Shown here: positions 39,489-51,100 of the stretch, piece by piece
Position numbering within the stretch: the stretch's first letter is position 1
How the letters are laid out: the number at the start of each line of letters is the position of its first letter
Assembly: GCA_008632985.1 (NCBI GenBank)
Contig: QPGO01000098.1
Location: forward strand, 1 to 64,000
DNA: 64,000 bases
Direction: 5' to 3'
DNA from: Psammoneis japonica
Taxonomy: Eukaryota
Notes under the pieces: model-generated
What the model saw: only the letters and a program-made list of their open reading frames with translations
The model's database searches: none
Told to the model about the DNA's origin: nothing
Translations under genes and position numbers: made by a program

Positions 39489-40843
39489 TCAATCCTCTTT
39501 GAATCGCAAATACCGCTTATCCGCCACCCTTCTCGGTTTAAAGGTTTGTTTGAGACTAAACAAGACCGCCACACCAAGACAAAAATATCCAAACGCAATA
39601 AAATACCGCGACAACCATTCGTTCTGTCCCCCAAAGACATTGGTGGTGCTCACCACCAACTTTTTGGAGCCTTCAAAGGAAGCAACCTCCCAATTGGCAT
39701 CGATCTGAAACTCCAATTCCGTGCCAGCCGCAATGCGCTGATCGATCCAACCGTAAAGCTTGCGAAAGGTGGGTTGGGCCGCGACACGCATCCAGACAAC
39801 AAAGTGCTCATTCAAAACGCCCTCGAGCGGACTGACAACCTTGGGATAAGTCTGCGTTTGAATGAGAGAGAGGGCGAATACAAAAGTGTTAGTGCCTTGT
39901 ACCACACAACACACGCATGAATATCACACCATACACAACTCCTTTCTGCTTTATACTCACTTCATAGAGATACTGGGTCGTGTTTTCATTGGGATAAAAG
40001 TACCGAAAGCACTCTCCATCTGGGTTTGTATGCGGCAATTTCCCCACACAGGACCACTGTAACCCACCTGGAGTTGTTCCTTGACAACACGTTTCATCAC
40101 AGGCCCCGGGACACTTTTGGGAAAAGAATCCATTGGGTTGATCAAAGAGATACTTGAGATCGGATTCCCAAGCAATGCCGGTTTCAATCATGATGAGCGG
40201 CGTCACACCGTCACTTGCCGTGCTCGTATTGGACAAGGAAATGACATCATTAAAGAGCGTATTGGCAATCAACCCGCACGGATTCAACGTGATGCCTCCA
40301 ACCTTGCCGAGTGGATCACAGACGGATGCTGGTTTCTTGTTGGCACCCTTGAGTTGTTCCAAGTCGAGCGATTCTTTGTATTTGCGGTGATTTTGATGGA
40401 AATTATCAATTTCATAATAAATCAAAATGGGCGGATCCATGTCTTTTGTAGCGTTAAGCGTAATGTTGCAAAGCCTGTTTTCATTGGCCGTGGTAATACC
40501 ACACGGTGACGATGCGTTCTTGTAATCGTCGTAGGTAATCGAGAGTTCCACCACATTGTCACTCCTCTTTTGAACTGTATAACCTGTAAAACGCCGCATA
40601 AAAGTCACGTATTGTAAGGTTTTGTTACAACCCAACAAAACGCTAAGGGTATCATTGTTTCTACTTACCAACAGGAAGAAAAATACAAGCGAGAATAAAA
40701 AATGCACCAATCACCCAATAGGGATCCAAGTATGGATTCCAAGACCGAACCCGTTGCTGACGATAGGCCGTATCCAACGGACGTGAACTCTGCAGATCTA
40801 ACGCCAGGACGCTCTCGTCGTCGTCGGGAATGCTGCCGGCCAT
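39489..40843 (-). CDS. CDC50: CDC50/LEM3 family flippase beta-subunit, 2 introns
   Basis: 'AYRQQRVRSWNP', 'YYEIDNFHQNHRKY', 'PCGLIANTLFND', 'EHFVVWMRVAAQPTFRKLYG', and two TM segments. Confidence 0.93.
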
Positions 40844-41158
40844 GGTGTAATAGATAAACTGTGCTGCTTTTGAGACTGCACGCACAGCAACAGCAACCAA
40901 AACAAAAAGCAGGGTTGAACGTCGCGTGTCGCGTCGGCTCTTTACGTAGCACTCAGTACATTTCTACGTAAAAGCTCGAACTCCATGTTGTTCTTGCAGG
41001 ACGCAGGACGGACCGCGCGAGCGCAATCTGTCCGTCCGTCATGTCGTCGTCTCGTATTTATTTGGATGCGCGATTTCGCGCGAAGAAACCTGGCGGCTAT
41101 GGCGGCCAACAAAAAATAAAAAAATAAAAATCTCATCATAATTTTTCAACATTGGCCC

Positions 41159-41791
41159 ATGGCGTCCCGTTTCAAAATACCGGCACATGTGTTTGCTTAC
41201 AGCATGGCTCTTTTGCCTGCTGTAGGTTATGGTAAGTTATTGTATGGATATATTTTCTACTTACACAAAGATTGCATCGAGCAAGCACATGCCCTCACAC
41301 ACCTTTGTCGTGTTTCATCATTAGCCGTTTATTATCAACGCAACAAGCCGTCGCAAGAAGAAATGGAACAAGTGTTGGCAACCAATTATTCGAGAAATAT
41401 TCAAAGCAATACAGAACGACGACAGGGTGTCGTCAATATGGTTCACGCCATGCAACGTGGTGAACATGAAGCGCAGCTCCAAGAGGTGTTGCACGGAGGT
41501 AAGGGGGAAATCAAACGACAGCATCCCGTCAATCCGGCTCTGTATGGAACACAAGAGGGAGTCAGGACCAAGGATAAAACGACAATGGAAATTGAAGAGA
41601 AAAAGAAGAAAATAAAGAAACAACAACGACAACCAAAAGAAAATGTGACGAGTGCAGCAAAGCCGGCAACAGCCGAAAATGATGTCGATTCATCAAAGAG
41701 GGTGGTGAGCAGTGCAGTTGTGGTTCCTGTTGTGGTTGGCTCTGTCGCTGCATTAGTTGGGTTTTTTATTGGAGGAAGACGATCGTCATGA
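41159..41791 (+). CDS. Hypothetical tail-anchored protein, probable intron ~41232-41323
   Basis: ORF with a gtaagt donor and ttag acceptor; C-terminal TM 'VVVPVVVGSVAALVGFFIGG'. Confidence 0.7.
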   Translation: MASRFKIPAHVFAYSMALLPAVGYGKLLYGYIFYLHKDCIEQAHALTHLCRVSSLAVYYQRNKPSQEEMEQVLATNYSRNIQSNTERRQGVVNMVHAMQRGEHEAQLQEVLHGGKGEIKRQHPVNPALYGTQEGVRTKDKTTMEIEEKKKKIKKQQRQPKENVTSAAKPATAENDVDSSKRVVSSAVVVPVVVGSVAALVGFFIGGRRSS

Positions 41792-41910
41792 AAAAGAATG
41801 ATTATGATTGCTTGTCTTGCGTCATGAGTAGTTTCAGAAATCAACATGCAACACAATTTCTTTAGACCTAGACAGAGATATACATCAACATGAAATAAAG
41901 CACAGTCCTT

Positions 41911-42636
41911 TCAACTATCAGCTGTGCTTTTGTTTTCGATTTTCTTTTGTGATTCGCTCTTCTTGCCTTCTTGAGATGTAAGCCACGAGCTTCCATCTGC
42001 TAAGCCTTCCAACAATTCATGAATGTCTGGAATAATCGTATCCTTGGGAATCTCCACGTCATTACCAAACAAGATTTCTTCAGGTGTCACCTCTTTTCCA
42101 TAAAAGTCCTTGTTGACTTGATGGCGCGGATTGAGTGTGCCGCCCGCCAGGGCGGCGGCAACAAAGGCGCCCTTGGAAAAGCCAATCGCCACGGCTCCAC
42201 CCACACCCTCTTCGGAGGCATGCACCACGCCTTGAGCGTTTCGACCCAACGTACCCACAGTCAAATTTGCCTGCGCACCAATGTTGAGAGACACCTTTCC
42301 GGTATAGGACTTGAGCGTTGCGTCGTTCATTAAGAATACCAACAAATCGCGGTACGAGGCACCCGCGACAAAGCCAACTCCACCCGCCACGAGACCCAAG
42401 GCCGATGGGGGACTCCAAGTTCCGTCTTCTTTACGAACCATGATAATTCCGGTACCGACACTTCCGCTAAAGATAAATCCAGCCTCGACAATATTTATAA
42501 TAACAATGCCCTTGCAGTCTAAAAACAAAGCTTTTGGTATGCCCACAACTGTTTCTCGATCCGTGGCCTTATCAAGAACTTTTAACGAATTCCACAACAT
42601 GCCCTCCATGCTGGTTGGATCCGGACGTTCTGCCAT
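41911..42636 (-). CDS. Ysc84/SYLF (SH3YL1-like) lipid/actin-binding domain protein
   Basis: 'IPKALFLDCKGI...EAGFIFSGSVGTG...WSPPSA...SKGAF...VNKDFYG...PEEIL' match the SYLF domain. Start MAERPDP. Confidence 0.9.
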   Translation of the reverse strand: MAERPDPTSMEGMLWNSLKVLDKATDRETVVGIPKALFLDCKGIVIINIVEAGFIFSGSVGTGIIMVRKEDGTWSPPSALGLVAGGVGFVAGASYRDLLVFLMNDATLKSYTGKVSLNIGAQANLTVGTLGRNAQGVVHASEEGVGGAVAIGFSKGAFVAAALAGGTLNPRHQVNKDFYGKEVTPEEILFGNDVEIPKDTIIPDIHELLEGLADGSSWLTSQEGKKSESQKKIENKSTADS

Positions 42637-43003
42637 GATAATTCTGGATTGTACGATAGTCGAGATCAAATAATGTTCTTTCAGAAGTAGAGAGCGACTT
42701 CAGGCTGTTATGTGTTAGGGGAACTACCTGACCTGGTGTCAACTACTCAACATAAACATGCAGATACCGTACAGAAACGAATAACGAATAGCGAGGGTCA
42801 ATCCGTCGCCGCAGGCAACGATTTTTTGAGTTGCTGTTTTCTCCCTCCGACATTTTATTTTCAATCCTCATGAATTTAGTACTTTAATACTTTGATCACC
42901 CGGAAGTCTGACTCAAGACTTCCCTCCGACAACACAATGACGTGTTTCGCGCCGCTATTTCATTCTCATCGTTGCTTCTCATTGGATCGGGCAACGGGAA
43001 ACC

Positions 43004-44850
43004 ATGGTGTTGGCAAAATGGACCTTTGCGTTACTTTTATTTCTGACTTACAAGAGCGATGGGTTTTTGTCTCCATCATCAAGCAGCAGTACATGGCATG
43101 TGTCAACATCATCTCTGCAAATGAGCAGCAAGGCATCACAAGACATTCCAACCGAAACCGACGTGGTAGTGATTGGATCTGGGCTTAGCGGACTGAGCTG
43201 TGCGGCCTTGTTGGCACATTGTGATGTTCCAACGCTTGTATTGGAATCTCATGATGCCCCGGTGGTGCGGCTCATTCATGGACTCGTCGAGGATTTCATT
43301 TCGAGTCGGGGCCATCCTTGTATTCTGGATTTAGTATGGACGAGTCACCGAATCCACTCAAAAATGTCTTTCAAATTATTGGAGAGGAGCCCGAGTGGAT
43401 CACCTATGACCGATGGGGTACAGTATTGCCCAACGGAGAACGATTTGCAGCCAAAATTGGTCCAGAAGAGTTTGGTGATGTCTTGAAACAACACGGTGGT
43501 CCCGGAGCACAGGAGGAGTTTGAGGCGCTCATGGAGCGCATGTCGCCCCTGTCCAACGCGGCGCAAGCGTTGACATCCATGGCACTTCGAGAAGACGCAG
43601 GAGCCGTGTTGACGTTGTTGAGATATCCCAAGGAATTGTTTGACACGTTGAAACAGGGACAAGCATTGAATGAACCCTTTGCCAATGTTATGAAAGAGAT
43701 GGATATCAAAAATGATTTTGTCAAGAATTGGCTGGATATGCTGTGCTTTTTGCTTCAAGGTCTACCAGCAGCTGGCACCATGAATGCCGTCATGGCGTAC
43801 ATGTTGGCTGATTGGTACCGTCCGGGTGTCACGTTGGATTTTCCCAAGGGCGGGAGCGGTGCCATTGCAGAAGCCCTCGTTCGCGGAGTAGACAAGCACA
43901 GTGACAGCCAAGTGTGTTTGAACTGTCATGTTTCTGAGATTCTTGTGGAAAATGGAAAAGCGGTTGGCGTTGTTTTGGACAATGGCAAAACAATTAAAGC
44001 AAAGAAAGCTGTTGTATCCAACGCAGACCCGTACGTGACATCGAAGCTTCTCTCCAAAGCCCGCGAATCCGGCGAGACAAGCACAGAATTGAATGAATAC
44101 ATGGACTCGCTAGTCAACACTGATGCTGATACAGGTGGAGTACCCGATTTGAAGAGCTTCATCCATATTCATGCAGGTATTGATGCAAAGGGTTTGCCAG
44201 AAGAGGCATCCGCAGACTTCCCGGCTCAATGGGCTGTGGTTCGTGACTGGGATGCTCCAGAGGGAGTCGAATCGCCCAGAAACATTGTTTTGTGCTCCAT
44301 GCCATCTCTCATTGACCCGAGTTTGGCTCCCGAGGGGAAGCATGTCTTGCACGCTTACGTACCCGCCACGGAGCCGTATGAGTGGTGGGCAGGAATGGAT
44401 CGTAGCTCGGATGAATACAAGAAAAAGAAGGAAGAGGCTGCAGATTTCTTGTGGAGTGCAATCGAGGAATATGTTCCAAACGCACGGAAACGTGCTGTCA
44501 AGGGCACGGTTCAGATTGGTACACCATTGACACACGAGCGATTCCTGCGTCGATCAAGAGGCGCGTACGGGTAAGTTGGTACTCGTTTTGCAAGTTGTTA
44601 TTTCCAAATAGAAGGCATGGATTCTAACTTTATTTCTTGTTCGCAATGCAGTCCACGAGTGGAGGCCGGAAAACAAACTCTACCTGGTCACAAAACGCCA
44701 CTGCCCGGTTTGTTCCTTACTGGTGACTTTACCTTCCCAGGCATTGGTGTTCCAGCTACTGCTGCATCAGGAGCCATTACCGCTAACACTTTGGTGTCCG
44801 TTAGTCAGCACTGGGGTATGTTGGATAAAATACGGCTACCGAAGAAATGA
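43004..44850 (+). CDS. Plastid-targeted carotenoid isomerase-like (CRTISO/CrtH, phytoene desaturase superfamily) FAD oxidoreductase
   Basis: Signal peptide with SDG^F cleavage. Rossmann 'VVIGSGLSGL', 'FESGPSLYSG', 'FPKGGSGAI', 'GTPLTHERFL', 'FPGIGVPA'. Intron ~44571-44651; 1-nt deletion in a C-run at ~43258. Confidence 0.9.
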
Positions 44851-45064
44851 AGAGAAGGCGGATCTAGAATTAACCATCTTCTCTCAGCTAGCTCGCTAGA
44901 GTAATATTCTGGTTACAGACTCCTCTAATAAGTCCCAGTTAGCATGCATTTGAAAGCTCTAGAGGCATTCCGCTAAATCATGGTTTTGACGCGTATTGTA
45001 GCGTAGCAGCGTCGCGGAATCAACCATGTCGAGGATTGCTGACCACGTCAACAACTATCACTTC

Positions 45065-45530
45065 TTAATGCTTGGCCTCTTCCTCGCGAAGGTGCTGAAG
45101 CTGAATGTCCAGCTCGTGCTCGATCAATTGAAGGTCCAACTCCTCGTCAGAACACATACCAAAGACCTCGTTGCGGATCCTTTCGTTGTACAAGTCTGAG
45201 GAACGAAGCGAGTAGCGAGGAAGATCAAGTACACTTCTGTGAGACTTGTGCGTTTCAAATATCGTTCATTCAATCTGCACGCTGAGCGTACATCGTTCCG
45301 CAGTTTTGGCGATACTTGCCTTTTTTCAACTCTTCGACCTCAGCCACAGAGCATTCACCAGCATGCTCTGCACATTCCCTCGCCCTATCAATGTCGGAAA
45401 AGAGACATTCCTCTTGATCCAAGCCTGCAGAAAGAACAAATCGGCGACCTACAAGAGCAGGTCGAGGTTGAAAGGAAGCCGCCGTCGACAAGCCAGCGAT
45501 GAACACAAGGTACGAGAAAGAAGACATCAT
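45065..45530 (-). CDS. Small plastid-targeted hypothetical protein, one intron (probably GC-AG)
   Basis: Presequence 'MMSSFSYLVFIAGLSTAAS^FQP' (ASAFAP-like) and 'RARECAEHAGECSVAEVEEL'. Second exon 'LYNERIRNEVFG...LREEEAKH*'. Confidence 0.75.
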
Positions 45531-48118
45531 GGTGGTGTCAACAATGCAGTGAAGAGAATAATGCTTCTCGTTCTATGTTCGCAATGCCGGAACAAGATTC
45601 GGAGTTTTGTTGCCGGCTTGGATGCAGTTTTGTGATGTGAAACAGCTGCGTTTCGCGTGAAACAACAACAGCCTGGTCATCCGTTGCGTCATGATGACGT
45701 CTTTCGTCCCGCTGCCGAGCGAACCTCATCCCGAGTGTGTTTCATTGCCAGGCAGTTGTTTTGCATTTGTTGGCTGAGGAGTGGCAGGTTGTGTTCTAGA
45801 AGAAGAAGTGATGGAGTTCCCAAAAATGGAAAAAAGAGTTAGAGCTCCACTTTGCTTGTGGCACAACACACGCCATGGCGTGCCAACAAAGAATGCTCTC
45901 CTTCTACTTGAAAAATGTGAGCTCACTCATTCTAGAAAAATTGCAGCCACGCAAATGGGGAATTGCACCAAATTCCCACTCACTTGGATTTTGCATCGCG
46001 TGTCAAAACTTTGCGCCATTGCTGCTTGCATTGTGGTCAGCTCAGCAGGAGTGCTCAGGCTGTGACGCATCTTGCGCGAGTGATGCCATCATGCTGCTGT
46101 GCATCACTGCAGTTGCCCGGGGGGCAGACAATGTGCAGATGCTGCGTGCATGGATGCTCAAGGCATTCCTCTGAGATGTGCCCCCAAGTTGAGGAGAGCC
46201 ATGAACTTTTGGGCCGTGCTCTCCAGCTGACAAGCGCAGCACCTGAGCAATGCTGCGCGGCCCGATGCTGCTGTGCACAAGAGGCCAATGCACAGCATTG
46301 CCAGGGTGTCCAGCAGATGCTTGCCACACACTCTCCCATGACTTGGGATGTCAAGCATTGGAGTGTGCTGCTAAAGACAGGGCACAATCTGTCACAGTTT
46401 GCACATGTCTGCAAGCACGCCATTCTGAGCACGCAAGGCGCCATTGTCATTCCTGCTCCACACAACTCTGGCTGGGCCTGTGTGACAGTCAGCGCCATGC
46501 TTTGTCTTTTTTGTTGTTTGAAAAGTGTCAATCATCTGACAGTGCATTGATGCTCCTTTTGTTTTGCATTTTTAAGCTTGTCTTTGGGCAGATGAGCTCC
46601 TGCTTTCTGTCTTCCAGGTGCAAACTTTCACTTGGCAGAATGGGCAACAGACAAAATTTCATCCCATCTGAAGACCACCTCTGGGTGCAAGACCTGTGTG
46701 TGTGGTTGCATGCACTGCAGCATGTGTGAAAAAAGCTGCAGCCGACAGGATGCCACTCCAAGGGTTGCCCTTGTCCAGCTCCATCTGTGAAAGGCAGAGG
46801 TCTCAGACTGCACAAGAGTGGTCCCTCCCAGAACCACACTGAGTTGTCAAAAACACATCTGGCTGTTCAGTTGATTGTCCTCAGCAACATTGTGCTGTCA
46901 GTGCACACACACAAAGGCTCTCCATGGCACTCCAAGACACTCCAAGCTTGGAAAACAACAGACAGAAACAACGCCAAGAAGTGATGTTGCCCTCCTCCTT
47001 GCATCCAAGGAGCCGTGCAGTTGCACACTTGCTTTGGACTGAACAATTCTCTCACACAGCCAGCCATTTTTGCCCATGAACACAAAGGCAGTTGCACAGT
47101 TCTCTCACAAACCCACATGTGCCAAACATGGTTGCCTTCAAACACAACTGCATTTCTTGCAGATCTGCTGGGTCTTGCTGCCAGTGCAATTGCAGTCTGC
47201 AAAAATTCATGAAATGGATGACTCAAAGGTCACACTCGCTTTTGACTGGAAGAAGCAAGAAGCAGCCAAGGACATCAAGGAGAGTGGCAGATGGTGTTTG
47301 GTTGCATCTGAGCCATTCTGCAGCCAGAAGTCAATCTTTGTGGGGAGTCTGCCAGCAAATTGCAAAGAGCCTTCTTCCATGAGAGGAGCTCTTCTGCCCC
47401 AAAACCTGAAACTGCAAACTGCTGAGCATTGCCAGCTCAAGAGCGCAGTTTTGGCACAGTGATGCACCCAACACCAGCCATCAATGCCCATGCAAGTCTG
47501 CTCTCCCTGTGTGTCCTCTGCAGGGTTGGCTGCACAGACTGCTGGCTGCTGCGCCGCCGATTGGTCGCTGCAAGCTGTGCCAAAATGGAGTGTTTGGAAG
47601 AGCTGCCAGGAGAACAATTCTGCCTCTGTCATTTTTTGCATGACTTAAATGGTGGCCAATGGAAACAATTGCACCTGTTTGTCTCTTTTGCTCTGCACTG
47701 CCTTGCTTGCTGCCTGTCATCAGTTGTCCTGGTGCAGTTTTTTCACAACACAAGCGGCGCCGTTGTTGCACATTGCAATGACAAATCCCACAGCAGCCCT
47801 GCCCTTTCCCGCGTCCTTCATTGCCTGCCATCTTTTCACATGTCCTGCTGACTGCTCTTGAGCTTTTGATGCAAAATCGCAGTGGGAGGCATCTGAGACG
47901 CAACTTGTTTCAGTTCCAGCATTGCTGCGCTGGTGTCGAGCTAAATGTGACATCCGTCTGTGGGATTCTACCCAGGACACAGGTCCCATCTGTAGAACAT
48001 GCTGCTGACAATCAGCACAAGGCACTGAAAGCCAGCAACACAGCAATGAGTTGTCTTGCCAACTTGTGCTCAGTTGAAATTACAAGCTAAAACCAATGTA
48101 AAAGTGATTCTCTTGTTT

Positions 48119-51100
48119 TGTAATCCCAGAGATCTCGAATGATGCCACGTCAGAAAATGGACATTCTTTGAATGTCATTCACGCAGAACATGCACTGAGG
48201 GTCACAGTGGAGGTTCGACACTTGCATTGAAACTTTCTGATGTCTGACTTAGCCGTGTGGAAATTCTGAGATGATTGGACGTCTCTGAATGTCCACAGTC
48301 TTTCTAAGATGTCACACTCCCTTTGAAAGTGTTGGGCAAAGCTGTGACTTGATCTAATTCACCACTTGAGGAGCTTCTTTTGAAGGCAAACAAACATGTT
48401 TTGAGGCACAGGCTTGGTCTCCATGTCTGCGATTTGTTGAGTGGTGTCAATGGGCAGAATGGAAATGATTCCCTTCCCAACATGTTCCTTGAAATGATGC
48501 AGCTCCAGATTGAAATGCTTGGTTCTTGGTCTCATCTTGGGCAGTTTTGCAATTTCCAATGCACCTGAATTGTCTTTGAATGCTTTGCAATGAACTGAAG
48601 GAGTCTTGGATGGAACCTTGTGTCCACACTCTTGAAATTCCTTGACAAATTGATGACAGGAATGGTGCTTCGGAGTCGGCTTCTGTCGCACTTGGTGCGA
48701 TTTGTGTCTGAATCTTAGATGTCCAAACTGCAGGGCAGTCCGTGCAGGCAATGACGCATCCGGTCCTGGACTTTGAAGCACTGACATCAAAAGGCACAGT
48801 CATTTTGTTCCAATTGCCTGCAAAGTCTGCATCGGCATGAACTTCCAATGACTTGTCTTCCGTTGGTTCAAGAATGATGACACCTTCACATCTGGTTGCC
48901 TGCAAGCACTTGCAAACCACAGTGCTGCCTCACCATGTGATTGCTTGGGGTGCTTGAAAATCATGCGATTTGATGTGTTGCACAAGCCATGTTGGGTCTG
49001 CTGCACTTCTCGAGGAAGTTGAGCTTGCCAACCACAGTTCGGCAGTCAAAAGAGCTGTCAAATGGCTTTTCATTCTCGTGTTGGTGCAGTGTCTTGGAGG
49101 ATGATGCTGGAGTTTGCTTGTCCGGTGCGCGACATGGTGAGTTTGCCATTTCCAGCATCTGCTGCTTGATCATCTGCGGTTGCGTGAGTTTCACACATCC
49201 ATCAGGGAGGGTCTCGATGCTGACACCAAGATGGTCATCAATGCTCCCTTGATCGTCGACATCAAAATTCTCATTGCGCATGTCGCAACAGCAGCTTGGT
49301 TGACAGCAGCCTTGTCTGGTGAAGCAAAAATGCCATCATCAACATGATGTGTGAAAATCACATTTCCTCTGCAACAAGACATTTGTCAACTTGTGATTGT
49401 TTGAAACCAATTTTCTCCAGACCTTGCCTCAAGTGTTCACCCCAAATTCTGCCTGCTTGTTTCTGTCCATGTGGGTTTTTCAGCAACTTCAGAACATCAG
49501 TTTTGCCATCACCACATTTGGTTTCAATGCCTTTTGGCAGTTCCACATGCACGTCGCACTCGATGTTGGCATGAGGACAGGCCAGCACAAAATTGACTTG
49601 GCGAGGCTGCCACCCATTCAGAACGGATGGGATGAGTGGGAGGCAGACAGTGTTCCAATTGATGACAGCAGCATGAGTTTGAAAGCAGTCAACCGTGCAC
49701 TCTTGTTTTCCACCATGCACACTGAGCCTTGACTTGCACTTGTGCACCTTTCTTGTTTTGATGTCTCTCTTTCTCTTCACAGACCAGACCACTGGGAGTG
49801 TGTCTGCACCTTCTGGGACTTCTTCAACAGGTGTCAGCACCCAGTGCTTGCACACAATGTGGTCATTGACCTCCTTGATGCACGCTTTGATGAACTCATC
49901 ACGGCCCGATTGTCTCACAGCTTGATCAAAACACATGGCATTGGGTCTGTCTTGGCCAGAAAGGCAAAATGTGAGTCCATGTTGTCTTGCAGCTTGCAGT
50001 CGTCCTTGTGCATTGCATTGCGGCACTTGCAACAGGTCAATTGATGTGATGCGATGCAACACCAGCGGCCTGTTGTCACAGGCTTTCGACCATTCGTTGC
50101 GTCGGTTTGCATGCTCCGCCAGACCCGCCAACACTTGGTTGTTCCGATGCTGTCTCTTGAGTGTCTTCAGGTGGCAGATCTCCTGTTGATTTGGTCATCT
50201 TGACCTCAGTGATGGGGAAATGTTTGTCTTTGAGTTGTCATGGAATGTTGGGTTCCGGCGCCAAAGTGATCTGCGCTGGCGCAGCGGAGCGTGGCTCCCT
50301 CACTTCCCTTTGGGTCTTGAAGACATTGAATCTTGATGTTCTTTGTTTCTCGAGTCCTGGTGCAGTTTGCCATTGCAAGAAAGTGGGTGCATTCCCTGCC
50401 AAAGGGCACGCCATTTCGAAGAAGTCATTGAATTGGATGTGAAACTGCGGCGAGGCAAGTCCCGTCTCAAGGTTGAGTGCTGGATTGACTGATCCGGCGT
50501 GTCTTGGAGATGGTCCCAAGTTGATCCCCAACCTTGCTCTTGATTGCCATTTGGGCACTCTCTGTCCACTCTGCAGTTGGCTGTCCAGTGCATGGACTGG
50601 GCATCCGAAAGTGTGATGTTGCTTGAGATTCGGAGCTGCCTTGACGGAGGTGAATCGCTCAATTGGGGAGCTGCCATCTTCGCAGTCAGGCAAGTTGTTC
50701 TTGAGCTTGTTGGTGTTGCGCAGTGCACTTGGCCAGAGATTGATCTCAAACGCCATTGGTCATCTTGCTTTTGCACGCAGCAGCTGCTTGCGAGTCTGTT
50801 CTTGCAGGTTGCGGATTTGCTTTTTGGCAATGCCATTTTGGAAGTGGGTGTTGACGCCCCAGCATGACATGGTTTGGCCTTGTTTCTCAACGTCTTGCAT
50901 GAAAGCATTGTCAGCAAATTGGCTGTTGTTGGCATGGCAGTGTTTGATTTGGACATGATGTCATCTTGCAAAGGCTTCAAAAGCATGCTTGGCCTTCAAG
51001 GTTTCTTCCAAGGCAAGTGCAGTGTGCATGCAGACAAAAGGTTGTTTTTGTCACGCCCTTTGTGACATTTAAAGGCTGCAACACGTCGCCGTGGTGCATC

